Below the pieces are notes generated by a model that saw only the letters and a program-made list of their open reading frames with translations, made no database searches and was not told where the DNA came from. 64,000 nucleotides of DNA, taken from IMG/VR virus record IMGVR_UViG_3300020220_004906, positions 1 through 64,000 of that record. One strand, given 5' to 3'. Below are positions 9,603-17,482 of this stretch, piece after piece (the stretch's first letter is position 1; every line of letters begins with the position of its first letter). The translations under genes and the position numbers were made by a program. The DNA is from a virus.

Positions 9603-10079
9603 ATGACTAAAACTACTAAGATTAGATGGGTTATAGCACACGAGCCTTTATCTTTATTTGTGAGAGCAGCTAAAGATTTTCAAGACTATGTGAATCAAGC
9701 TCAGACTGCAGAAAAAATAGAAGTTGAAGTTATGACTCTAAGTGAGTACAGCGAGAGATACAACAACGGTGTTGTTGTAACTAAACACGATTTACTTGAC
9801 CTTATGGAACAAGGCAAAATTGAAATGTCGCAAATGTACACAACTTGGTTAGCTGAAAAATTTGATCAAGACATGTTAGCATTAGATATGCCTTTCATAT
9901 TCACAGATCATGATCATGCAACTAGAGTATTAGAAGGTGAAGTGGGACAGTTTTTATTAAACAAGATCACTGAAAAATCTAATGTAAGAGGCATGGCGTT
10001 CACCTACTCAGGTGGATTTAGAAACGTAATTTCTAGTAAAAAAGTTGATAAGTTATCAGACTTAACTACTAAACACTAA
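9603..10079 (+). CDS. DctP-family protein, N-terminal half
   Basis: KIRWVIAHEP, LDMPFIFTDHDHA.RVLEGEVG, YSGGFR..., ending at LSDL just before the conserved K-[IV]-R strand. Confidence 0.85.
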   Translation: MTKTTKIRWVIAHEPLSLFVRAAKDFQDYVNQAQTAEKIEVEVMTLSEYSERYNNGVVVTKHDLLDLMEQGKIEMSQMYTTWLAEKFDQDMLALDMPFIFTDHDHATRVLEGEVGQFLLNKITEKSNVRGMAFTYSGGFRNVISSKKVDKLSDLTTKH

Positions 10080-10100
10080 TTACTATCTTACCAAAATTAA

Positions 10101-10128
10101 AAGGGCGGCAGCGATGTCGCCCTTTTTT
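10101..10128 (+). terminator. Rho-independent terminator inside the split dctP
   Basis: AAGGGCGGCA-GCGA-TGTCGCCCTT followed by a T-run. Confidence 0.85.
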
Positions 10129-10160
10129 ATTCTACCTTATATACAAACTAAATATTTTTA

Positions 10161-10646
10161 ATGAAGGTACGAACAAATAGAAATCCAGTTGCCAAAGCAA
10201 CTTTCAAAGCACTAGGCGCCGAAGGACATGTTTCTGAAATTGAAGAAGTAAAAGGACTGATGGAAGATGGTACAGTAGAGGGCGGCGAGACTGTATATTC
10301 AAGAATTTATCCATTAGAACAAAATCAAGTCACAGAATCGGTAATTGACACACAACATAGTTTGTTCCTCACAAGTATGATCATGAGAAACGATTTCTAT
10401 GAAAAATTATCTCCAGAAGTTCAAGCAATAATAAAGGAAGCCGCTATTAAAGCCGGACGTAAAGAAAGAGAAACTACAATCATGGACGGAGAAGAAGCCA
10501 AAGAAAGATTAAAAGCCGAAGGAGTTGCGATTCATGAATTAACACCAGAAGAAAAAGAAGAATTTATTGAAAAAACCAAAGCGGTGTATGAAGAATTTAA
10601 AGACAAATTCACACCTGGATTGATTGAAAAAATTAAAAAGGCCTAA
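10161..10646 (+). CDS. DctP-family protein, C-terminal half, copy 1
   Basis: Starts MKVR (conserved Arg strand); FKALGA, TQHSLF, FYEKLSPEVQ.II.EAA, LKAEGV.I; own TAAATA box at 10149. Confidence 0.85.
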   Translation: MKVRTNRNPVAKATFKALGAEGHVSEIEEVKGLMEDGTVEGGETVYSRIYPLEQNQVTESVIDTQHSLFLTSMIMRNDFYEKLSPEVQAIIKEAAIKAGRKERETTIMDGEEAKERLKAEGVAIHELTPEEKEEFIEKTKAVYEEFKDKFTPGLIEKIKKA

Positions 10647-10649
10647 TAC

Positions 10650-11141
10650 ATGAAAGTTCGTACCAATAAAAATCCAGTTGCCAAAGCAACATTTAAAGCA
10701 CTAGGAGCCGACATAAATTCGCAAGTTATAGAAATAGAAGACCTTAAAGCAAAAATAGAGGCCAACGAGGTACAAGCAGGAGAAGGCATATATTCGAGAA
10801 TATATCCACTAGAGCAAAATCAAGTGCTTCGATCGGTATTGGATACACAGCACAGTCTATTCCTCACAAGCATGATCATGAGAAACGACTTCTACGAAAA
10901 ACTATCACCCGAGGTCAAGTCGGTGCTAAAAGAAGCCGCTATTAAAGCCGGACGTAAAGAAAGAGAAACTACCATACAAGATGGAGAAGAAGCCAAAGAA
11001 AGATTAAAAGCCGAAGGCGTGTCCATACATGAATTGACCCCAGAAGAAAAAGAAGAATTTATTGAAAAAACTAGAGTAGTATACGACACGTTCAAAGATT
11101 TTTTTACCCCCGGACTGATCGAAAAAATCAAAAAGTCTTAA
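10650..11141 (+). CDS. DctP-family protein, C-terminal half, copy 2
   Basis: Highly similar to 10161-10646; diverges mainly around residues 20-50. Confidence 0.85.
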   Translation: MKVRTNKNPVAKATFKALGADINSQVIEIEDLKAKIEANEVQAGEGIYSRIYPLEQNQVLRSVLDTQHSLFLTSMIMRNDFYEKLSPEVKSVLKEAAIKAGRKERETTIQDGEEAKERLKAEGVSIHELTPEEKEEFIEKTRVVYDTFKDFFTPGLIEKIKKS

Positions 11142-12457
11142 GCTGTTTCTTTTAAAACTTTTTTAAAACTATCCACTATCTTATCTATCTCTTTCTTTTC
11201 GATGATAAGAGGTGGGGCCAACGTTAACACATCACCCCCTGTTAATCTTACGTAACAATTTTGCTCATGAAACATTTTTCTGAACACGTCGTTGGCTCTA
11301 ACAAATGGTTTATCTGGCAAAGGGTCTAGTTCTATAGCCCCTAACATACCAATATTCCTGATATCTATAATATGTTTACTGCCTCGCAGTGAATGTAGAG
11401 CGTCTTCAAAATATTTTATTAATTCTTGATCTTTGTTAAACAAATTTTCCTTCTCATACAAGTTGATAGCAGCAAGAGCTGCAGCACAAGCAAGTGGGTG
11501 AGCGGAATAGGTATATCCGTGATAAAGCTCTATTGAATTTTTTTTTGCACTCATAAAAAGATTATAGATCTTATCATGTATAATTGTTGCTCCCATCGGA
11601 ACAGTTCCGCTAGTTAAGCCTTTAGCTATAGTCATCAAGTCGGGTTCGATATTAAAAAAATCTGCGGCAAAGGGTTTTCCTAATCTTCCAAAACCGGTGA
11701 TAACTTCATCAAATATTAAAAGTATTTCATTATCAGTGCAAATTTTTCTTAATTTTTCTAAATAACCCACCGGTGGAATTAAAACTCCGGCAGTCCCGGC
11801 GACCGGCTCAACAATAACTGCCGCGATATTACTTGCGCCATGTTTTTCAATTTGTTTTAACAAATCATCTGCTAGATGAGTGCCCCACTTAGGCTGCCCT
11901 TTAGAATACGCATTGTGCTCAAGATTATGTGTATGTGGAAGATGATAGACATCGGGTAAAAATCTTTCTGCCTGCATATTGATAAAAAGATTTCCCACAG
12001 TAGATCCTCCAAAATTGGTACCGTGGAATCCACGATTTCGTCCTATTATGATTTTTTTGTTTGTCTTGCCTTGCAGCTTGAAGTAAGATAAAGCAATTTT
12101 TAAAGCAGTTTCTACAGCTTCCGAACCGGAATTTGTAAAAAATATTTTATTTAAATTTTTTGGAGTAATAGAACTTAATTTCTCAGCCAGCCTAAATGCG
12201 CCAGGATGGCTCATTTGATATGAAGGTACAAAGTCCAATTTTGCTGCTTGATCTTGTATTGCTCTCACGATCTCGTCTCTGTTGTGCCCAGCATTGCAAC
12301 ACCATAGTCCTCCGTGGGCATCTAAAATTTTATCGTTGTAGATAGTAAAATAGTACATGTCTTTAGCTCTATCGATAATTCTAGGTCTGGGTAAGTTTTT
12401 AAAAATATTGTTAGGTGTAAATGGTAACCAAAGATGATCTAAATTTAAATTTTCCAT
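11138..12457 (-). CDS. Class III PLP aminotransferase (omega-amino acid--pyruvate type)
   Basis: GGLWCCNAGH, NSGSEAVETA, FHG, EPVAG, FDEVITGFGRLG, AKGLTSG (PLP Lys), HGYTYSAHP. Confidence 0.92.
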   Translation of the reverse strand: MENLNLDHLWLPFTPNNIFKNLPRPRIIDRAKDMYYFTIYNDKILDAHGGLWCCNAGHNRDEIVRAIQDQAAKLDFVPSYQMSHPGAFRLAEKLSSITPKNLNKIFFTNSGSEAVETALKIALSYFKLQGKTNKKIIIGRNRGFHGTNFGGSTVGNLFINMQAERFLPDVYHLPHTHNLEHNAYSKGQPKWGTHLADDLLKQIEKHGASNIAAVIVEPVAGTAGVLIPPVGYLEKLRKICTDNEILLIFDEVITGFGRLGKPFAADFFNIEPDLMTIAKGLTSGTVPMGATIIHDKIYNLFMSAKKNSIELYHGYTYSAHPLACAAALAAINLYEKENLFNKDQELIKYFEDALHSLRGSKHIIDIRNIGMLGAIELDPLPDKPFVRANDVFRKMFHEQNCYVRLTGGDVLTLAPPLIIEKKEIDKIVDSFKKVLKETA

Positions 12458-12527
12458 ATCGAATATGTTTATTTACATACTGAATTTTTACCAATTATTT
12501 TTTTAAAAATTTAATTTGGCTAGATAA

Positions 12528-12556
12528 TTGACATTCACATTCACAAGTGTTACACT
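12528..12556 (+). promoter_or_regulatory. Sigma70-type promoter of clpP
   Basis: TTGACA-17 nt-TACACT, 8 nt before ATG 12565. Confidence 0.7.
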
Positions 12557-12564
12557 ACTATCAT

Positions 12565-13161
12565 ATGCCATTGATTCCAATAGTAATAGAGCAAACAAGC
12601 AAAGGCGAGCGCAGTTATGACATATTCAGCCGACTGCTGAAAGATAGGATCATTGTGTTGGAAGGCCCGATCGAAGAACACTCAGCATCGGTTATTTGTG
12701 CTCAATTATTATTTTGCGAATCACAGGCACCAGAGAGAGATATAACAATCTACGTCAATTCACCAGGCGGATTGGTCACAGCAGGCATGGCCATATATGA
12801 TACCATGCAGTATATAAAATGTGATGTGCAAACTATTGTAATGGGACAGGCATGTTCAATGGGATCATTGTTAGCAGCAGCAGGCACCAAAGATAAAAGA
12901 TTGATATTGCCACATGCTAGACACATGATACATCAGCCACTGGGCGGAGCTTCTGGACAGGCAACAGATGTGCAAATTCAAGCTAACGAGTTGTTGAGAT
13001 GGAAAGATGAATTAACACGAGTTTACGAGAAGCACACAGGCCAACCATACGAAAAATTAAAAGCCGACATGGAGAGAGATAATTTCATGACAGCCGAACA
13101 GGCCGTGGCATATGGCCTAGCCGATAAAGTTGTTACCAGCAGAGAAGCGGAAAATAAATAG
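12565..13161 (+). CDS. clpP: ATP-dependent Clp protease proteolytic subunit
   Basis: [30 protein letters not shown] (Ser), MIHQP (His), ERDNFM (Asp). Start at MPLIP. Confidence 0.95.
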   Translation: MPLIPIVIEQTSKGERSYDIFSRLLKDRIIVLEGPIEEHSASVICAQLLFCESQAPERDITIYVNSPGGLVTAGMAIYDTMQYIKCDVQTIVMGQACSMGSLLAAAGTKDKRLILPHARHMIHQPLGGASGQATDVQIQANELLRWKDELTRVYEKHTGQPYEKLKADMERDNFMTAEQAVAYGLADKVVTSREAENK

Positions 13162-13192
13162 GCATTAGTCCAATGCCAGCGTTTGATTTAAC

Positions 13193-14485
13193 ATGTCTTT
13201 AGAGAAAAACTTCTGCTCGAGTCCTTGGTTCCATATGAGGATACTGCCATCTGGAGCACTGAGATATTGCCGATGGATGGAAGATAAAAAAAATCCAATC
13301 GCTTCTGACCTAACCCAACAAGATTTTTTACAATATTTTCAAAAGGACATGTCTTCGCTGCGTGTAAAAATGTTGAAAGGAGAACACATTCCCTCTTGTG
13401 ATCAATGTGCCAAGATGGAACAACACGGCAAGATAAGTGGCAGGGAAAAGCAATTATTAAAGGTAGGGATCAAACTAGATCACTTTGAAAAAACTTTTAG
13501 ATCCAGTACCTTTTACGATCAATTTGAAAGATCCGCCAACAACGACGGGTCGACCGAGCTATGGCCGCAAGACTGGCAAATTGATTTAGGAAACTACTGC
13601 AATAGTGCCTGTATATTTTGCAAACCACAATATAGTTCTAGACTTACCACAGAATTTAAAACACTAGGGTTGATCGATCAATCACCTCAGCAGAACTGGA
13701 CCGACAACGAACAAGCGGTTGACAGATTTGTAGAATTGCTATCGCAGTCCAAAAAATTATCCTACCTACATTTCCTCGGAGGCGAGACTATGATTACTCC
13801 GGCATTTAAAAAAATTTTAATGAAACTCCAAGACAAAGGATTGCACAATGACACGTCAATAGGATTCACGACCAATCTGACCGTATGGGATGAGTCCATT
13901 GTTGCATTATTGAAGCAGTATAAAGAAGTTAATCTAGGCATGAGCGTGGAATGCTTGCACCCGATAAATGATTATCTGCGCTGGCCCAGCAACATTGAAA
14001 AGGTTAAGGAAAATTTAGTGAAATGGTTGCAACTGGGTAAACAATTAGGCTGGCTAATTCAATTTAGGATTACGCCAACAGTTTTCAGTATTGCGCATCT
14101 AAAAACGATATATGAATTTGCCTATTCGTGGGATGTCGGAGTAGAGAGTTGCAATTTTTTACATGATCCGTATTTTATGAGAATGTCGATATTGCCAATG
14201 CACGTGAGAAAGAACATTGCCAATGATTTACAACACTGGATCAATGGAAAAAAATTATTGTTCTCAGAGGAGAAAATTATTAATACCAGAGATCCAAATT
14301 TAGCCAGAGATTGTATAATTCAAGATGCAATGAGTTACGTGGATTACTTGCAAAATGCACCAGATGAATCAGCCAGTTGGACAGCTCTGGTATCTTATTT
14401 GAAAAAAATAGAAAGTTCTAGGAATAATTCAATCTTAGATTACGCACCCGAATATGAAAAATTTTTACGTTCAGCAGGATACTAA
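13193..14485 (+). CDS. Radical SAM protein with N-terminal SPASM/twitch-like Cys cluster
   Basis: CNSACIFC, GGE, TTNLT; N-terminal FC..PW...C...CxxC. Confidence 0.85.
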   Translation: MSLEKNFCSSPWFHMRILPSGALRYCRWMEDKKNPIASDLTQQDFLQYFQKDMSSLRVKMLKGEHIPSCDQCAKMEQHGKISGREKQLLKVGIKLDHFEKTFRSSTFYDQFERSANNDGSTELWPQDWQIDLGNYCNSACIFCKPQYSSRLTTEFKTLGLIDQSPQQNWTDNEQAVDRFVELLSQSKKLSYLHFLGGETMITPAFKKILMKLQDKGLHNDTSIGFTTNLTVWDESIVALLKQYKEVNLGMSVECLHPINDYLRWPSNIEKVKENLVKWLQLGKQLGWLIQFRITPTVFSIAHLKTIYEFAYSWDVGVESCNFLHDPYFMRMSILPMHVRKNIANDLQHWINGKKLLFSEEKIINTRDPNLARDCIIQDAMSYVDYLQNAPDESASWTALVSYLKKIESSRNNSILDYAPEYEKFLRSAGY

Positions 14486-14885
14486 TTTAAACATAAACCT
14501 CACTTTATCACCAATAAAAGATAAAGAGTTTCCCTATGTGATTTTTACTTTTGACACAAACATAATACACGAGGGAATATTGACAGAAACTGCATCATTT
14601 GCACTAAGCAAATCCTTGCTGGAGGCCTTTGATTTGTCCGTAGAATTAAAGCACAAAAACTATGATGTATCTCCGGGCACTGCGGTATCTATTTCAAGCC
14701 TGCGCATCGATGATTTTGAAATTGTGCCGGGCTGGACACAACTTGCGTCATACGAGAATGATTCAAAAATGTCAGGCCCAACAAACTATATAGGATACAA
14801 TGGCACATGGAAGTTGCAGGTGCCCGAACCATTTTATAGATGGCGCCATAAAACTACAGGACAGGGCTGGCTGCTGGAACCATGA
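14454..14885 (+). CDS. Hypothetical protein
   Basis: 143 aa ORF overlapping the radical SAM stop. Confidence 0.6.
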   Translation: MKNFYVQQDTNLNINLTLSPIKDKEFPYVIFTFDTNIIHEGILTETASFALSKSLLEAFDLSVELKHKNYDVSPGTAVSISSLRIDDFEIVPGWTQLASYENDSKMSGPTNYIGYNGTWKLQVPEPFYRWRHKTTGQGWLLEP

Positions 14886-14920
14886 ATTTTACAAATATAA
14901 TTTTATATCTTAAATAAATT

Positions 14921-15466
14921 ATGTTGCTTACTGTACACTTAAAACACGATTTATCGATCATAGCTAACGCCGACCATCGAGTGCATGAGGCAAGCTCCAT
15001 AGGCACAAAAATATTTGACGAAAATAATAAATTTCCTAAAACCTATGTTTTAGAAAATACACGTATCCATCAGTTATGGTGGACGAAAGAACAATTGGAT
15101 TTTAAATCGATAGGCCAAGAGCTGGGCATGACTGTATGCACAGTAAGCAGCATCATAATTCCTCCCGGTTCTGTAATACCATTGCACCAGGACACATTTC
15201 ACAAATTAAGAACACAATTTCCCGATCATCCAGGACACATGGTTAGGGCGGTGATCTATGCTTCTGAATATGATATGGGACAATTCACTCAGTATCTAGA
15301 TGCCGGCCGCATACATAACAGCACCGATTGGAAAGTGGGAGATGGTACAATTTGGGACGACCAAGTGCCGCACGTCACTGTCAACGGCAGCATGAAAGAT
15401 CTTTGCACAGTTAACTTTTCCGGATTCATGGAAAAAGAAGTTGCCTTTTATCCACTTATATTTTGA
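14921..15466 (+). CDS. Cupin/2OG-Fe(II) oxygenase-like (AspH-like) protein
   Basis: PG..IPLHQD, WK.GD..IWD...PH...N. Confidence 0.65.
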   Translation: MLLTVHLKHDLSIIANADHRVHEASSIGTKIFDENNKFPKTYVLENTRIHQLWWTKEQLDFKSIGQELGMTVCTVSSIIIPPGSVIPLHQDTFHKLRTQFPDHPGHMVRAVIYASEYDMGQFTQYLDAGRIHNSTDWKVGDGTIWDDQVPHVTVNGSMKDLCTVNFSGFMEKEVAFYPLIF

Positions 15467-15516
15467 AATACAAATAGAACAATATAAAAAAATCTATCTA
15501 TAGATATCTTTATTTT

Positions 15517-15630
15517 TTATTTTTTTTTGAACCAGTTTATAGGATTTATTTTCGAAGACAGGTCTTCAACTTTTTCGTTGAGATACCATCCCGCTATTAA
15601 ACCTATAATAAGACCTAATGTAAAAAACAT
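15517..15630 (-). CDS. Small membrane protein (37 aa; not in ORF track)
   Basis: MFFTLGLIIGLIAGWYLNEKVEDLSSKINPINWFKKK; AGGAGG RBS and TAAATA upstream. Confidence 0.75.
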   Translation of the reverse strand: MFFTLGLIIGLIAGWYLNEKVEDLSSKINPINWFKKK

Positions 15631-15667
15631 GCCGATCCTCCTATATGAGTATTTACCAAAATAAAGT

Positions 15668-15704
15668 TATAAATATTGACGTGAAAAGTAACCCATAGTA
15701 TACT
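15668..15704 (+). promoter_or_regulatory. Adjacent TATAAATA box and sigma70-type promoter
   Basis: TATAAATA at 15668-15675, then TTGACG-17 nt-TATACT at 15676-15704. Confidence 0.6.
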
Positions 15705-15766
15705 TTTACAATGAGTAATATTCAGATGAATTTAAAAAAATCAATAACAATAAAAAAGGATATTGC

Positions 15767-15961
15767 ATGCGTACACGCAGGCACAAATTCAAACACAATA
15801 AACCCAAAGGTAGAAATGATTATTACAGCACCTTTGACCCCAAGGTCCATCACAGGAGCAAGGGCAGCACGGGCTACGGGCTGAAGCGAGGAGTGGCCAC
15901 GGATCCAGCCGAGGATCGAGGCAGCGCTTTGGCGCATTTGTTTGACAAGTGGAAGAGCTAA
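15767..15961 (+). CDS. Small basic hypothetical protein
   Basis: 64 aa; AAGGA RBS; downstream of a promoter. Confidence 0.55.
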   Translation: MRTRRHKFKHNKPKGRNDYYSTFDPKVHHRSKGSTGYGLKRGVATDPAEDRGSALAHLFDKWKS

Positions 15962-16110
15962 AATTTAGGGAAAGGTATTTTTTCCAGAGCCCGTATCACT
16001 TCATTGTAATTGATCGGGGACTTGTCTTCTTGCTTGGGATCTTTGTCGGCAGTCACGGTGGCACAGCCAAGAATGATCAATAGTGATAGAATAATGAATA
16101 TCTTTTTCAT
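15958..16110 (-). CDS. Small lipoprotein (50 aa; not in ORF track)
   Basis: MKKIFIILSLLIILG-C lipobox, then ATVTADKDPKQEDKSPINYNEVIRALEKIPFPKF. Confidence 0.7.
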   Translation of the reverse strand: MKKIFIILSLLIILGCATVTADKDPKQEDKSPINYNEVIRALEKIPFPKF

Positions 16111-16145
16111 ACAATATTAAATTGTATTGTACTATGGTAAACCAA

Positions 16146-16174
16146 TTGACACAACCTTTCTTATCCTGTACAAT
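16146..16174 (+). promoter_or_regulatory. Sigma70-type promoter of the FTR1 gene
   Basis: TTGACA-17 nt-TACAAT. Confidence 0.7.
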
Positions 16175-16204
16175 AAGTACGATGTTTAAATTTTATCTGA
16201 ATCA

Positions 16205-16804
16205 ATGACACCATTCCTCAGTTCAACTTTTGTAATATTCCGAGAGGGCTTTGAAGTGTGGTTGATCATGGTGCTGGCCATGGCCAGCGTTGGTGGTAAT
16301 TTACCACAGCAACGCACCATCTGGATCAGCGCTATGGCTGCTTTTGCAGCCACAATACTGTTGGGCAGTGCAACTGCTGCTTGGCTGGGAGATCATGCAA
16401 ATTTAGAGCGCTTTGAAGCTTTAATCGCCATTATAACGGGTGTTATATTGGCCTGGGTGGCCTGGTTTTGCCATGGCGCTGCACAGCACGTGCAGAACCT
16501 GCCACGGCACAGCACATTGGCGCTGGGTATCGCTGTTTTCTTCATTATTTTTAGAGAGGGTGTGGAAGTAGTGCTGTTTCTAACCGGCATCTACGCAGAT
16601 CACCCTAATATTGCTTTGATGTCTTTGGGCATTTTGGTGGGTTTGGTGGTTTTGGTAATAGCAATTAAGGTTGCTAACCATCAAATCAAGAAATTGCCAG
16701 TGAAACAGATATTCTTGTACAGTCGATGGCTGTTTACTGGACTTGCGGTGTATTTCCTTTATTCGGGCATACATGAGCTCGTGGAGCATGGCATCAGGTT
16801 CTAA
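16205..16804 (+). CDS. FTR1/EfeU-family iron permease (short form)
   Basis: Two REGxE motifs (FREGFE, FREGVE); multiple TM helices. Confidence 0.88.
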   Translation: MTPFLSSTFVIFREGFEVWLIMVLAMASVGGNLPQQRTIWISAMAAFAATILLGSATAAWLGDHANLERFEALIAIITGVILAWVAWFCHGAAQHVQNLPRHSTLALGIAVFFIIFREGVEVVLFLTGIYADHPNIALMSLGILVGLVVLVIAIKVANHQIKKLPVKQIFLYSRWLFTGLAVYFLYSGIHELVEHGIRF

Positions 16805-16808
16805 ACAG

Positions 16809-16836
16809 TTGGCAGATCAAAATTTCCTGTTATAAT
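16809..16836 (+). promoter_or_regulatory. Sigma70-type promoter of the tRNA cluster
   Basis: TTGGCA-16 nt-TATAAT with extended TG. Confidence 0.65.
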
Positions 16837-16844
16837 ATTTGCAA

Positions 16845-16918
16845 GCCCCCATAGTTAAATGGCATAACAAGTCCATGGTAAGGATTAGTCGCAAGTTCGA
16901 TTCTCGCTGGGGGCACCA
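16845..16918 (+). tRNA. tRNA-Thr(GGT)
   Basis: Cloverleaf GCCCCCA/TGGGGGC; anticodon arm AGTCC-ATGGTAA-GGATT; TTCGA; encoded CCA. Confidence 0.9.
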
Positions 16919-16923
16919 TGCAT

Positions 16924-16999
16924 GGGGGCGTAGCTCATTTGGTAGAGCGCTTGGCTGGCAGTCAAGAGGTAGTCAGTTCGATCCTGATCGCCTCCACCA
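16924..16999 (+). tRNA. tRNA-Ala(GGC)
   Basis: G3:U70 identity pair; loop CTGGCAG; TTCGA; CCA. Confidence 0.93.
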
Positions 17000-17003
17000 A
17001 CGA

Positions 17004-17078
17004 GCGGGTGTAGCTCAGTGGTAGAGCGAATCGTTGCCAACGATTAGGTCGTGGGTTCAATTCCCTTCACCCGCTCCA
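17004..17078 (+). tRNA. tRNA-Gly(GCC)
   Basis: GCGGGTG/CACCCGC; loop TTGCCAA; U73; CCA. Confidence 0.93.
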
Positions 17079-17083
17079 AAACA

Positions 17084-17158
17084 GGGCACCTAGTTCATTG
17101 GTAGAACACGTGGTCGACATCCACGGGGTGGCAGGTTCGATTCCTGCGGTGCCCACCA
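17084..17158 (+). tRNA. tRNA-Val(GAC)
   Basis: GGGCACC/GGTGCCC; loop TCGACAT (C33); A73; CCA. Confidence 0.9.
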
Positions 17159-17162
17159 ATAT

Positions 17163-17239
17163 CGGGGTGTGGCCCAGCCTGGTAGGGCGCCTGGATGGGG
17201 TCCAGGAGGTCGCTGGTTCGAATCCAGCCACTCCGACCA
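17163..17239 (+). tRNA. tRNA-Pro(GGG)
   Basis: C1-G72 acceptor; loop ATGGGGT; TTCGAAT; CCA. Confidence 0.92.
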
Positions 17240-17245
17240 ACACAT

Positions 17246-17461
17246 ATGAAATGGCCTTTAGATAAAGAACCAAAAAAGTTTGCAACTGACCTCACAGTGC
17301 CCCAACGCAGCCGCGGAGATCGCTACTGGGTACGTATCACCACAGAGCATTGGGATATCATCACGCAGTGGAGAGGCACGCCACGTCAAATTGAACAAAA
17401 CTGCTGGAGTTGGTATGGCAGAGATGCACTGGCGGTAGAGTTGGAACTAATAGTCAAATAA
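17246..17461 (+). CDS. Hypothetical protein
   Basis: Start moved to MKWPL after tRNA-Pro; 71 aa. Confidence 0.5.
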   Translation: MKWPLDKEPKKFATDLTVPQRSRGDRYWVRITTEHWDIITQWRGTPRQIEQNCWSWYGRDALAVELELIVK

Positions 17462-17482
17462 TTTGAAACATTAAATATTGAT

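Larger units (their letters stand above)
10161..11141 (+). repeat. Tandem gene duplication (two ~490 bp units)
   Basis: Long identical tracts such as GAAGCCGCTATTAAAGCCGGACGTAAAGAAAGAGAAACTAC occur in both copies. Confidence 0.9.

Noticed and set aside
10077-10161. Stop-codon readthrough or ribosomal bypass joining the DctP halves (both are in the same frame)
   Set aside because: The gap has two further in-frame TAA stops, a strong terminator and its own promoter box, so separate expression is simpler.
10161-11141. Diversity-generating retroelement TR/VR pair
   Set aside because: Differences are not adenine-specific (many synonymous T/C changes), both copies are full ORFs, and no reverse transcriptase is in the window.
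16839-17295. ORFs at 16839, 17067, 17095 and the 5' part of 17195
   Set aside because: They overlap well-formed tRNA genes and are spurious.
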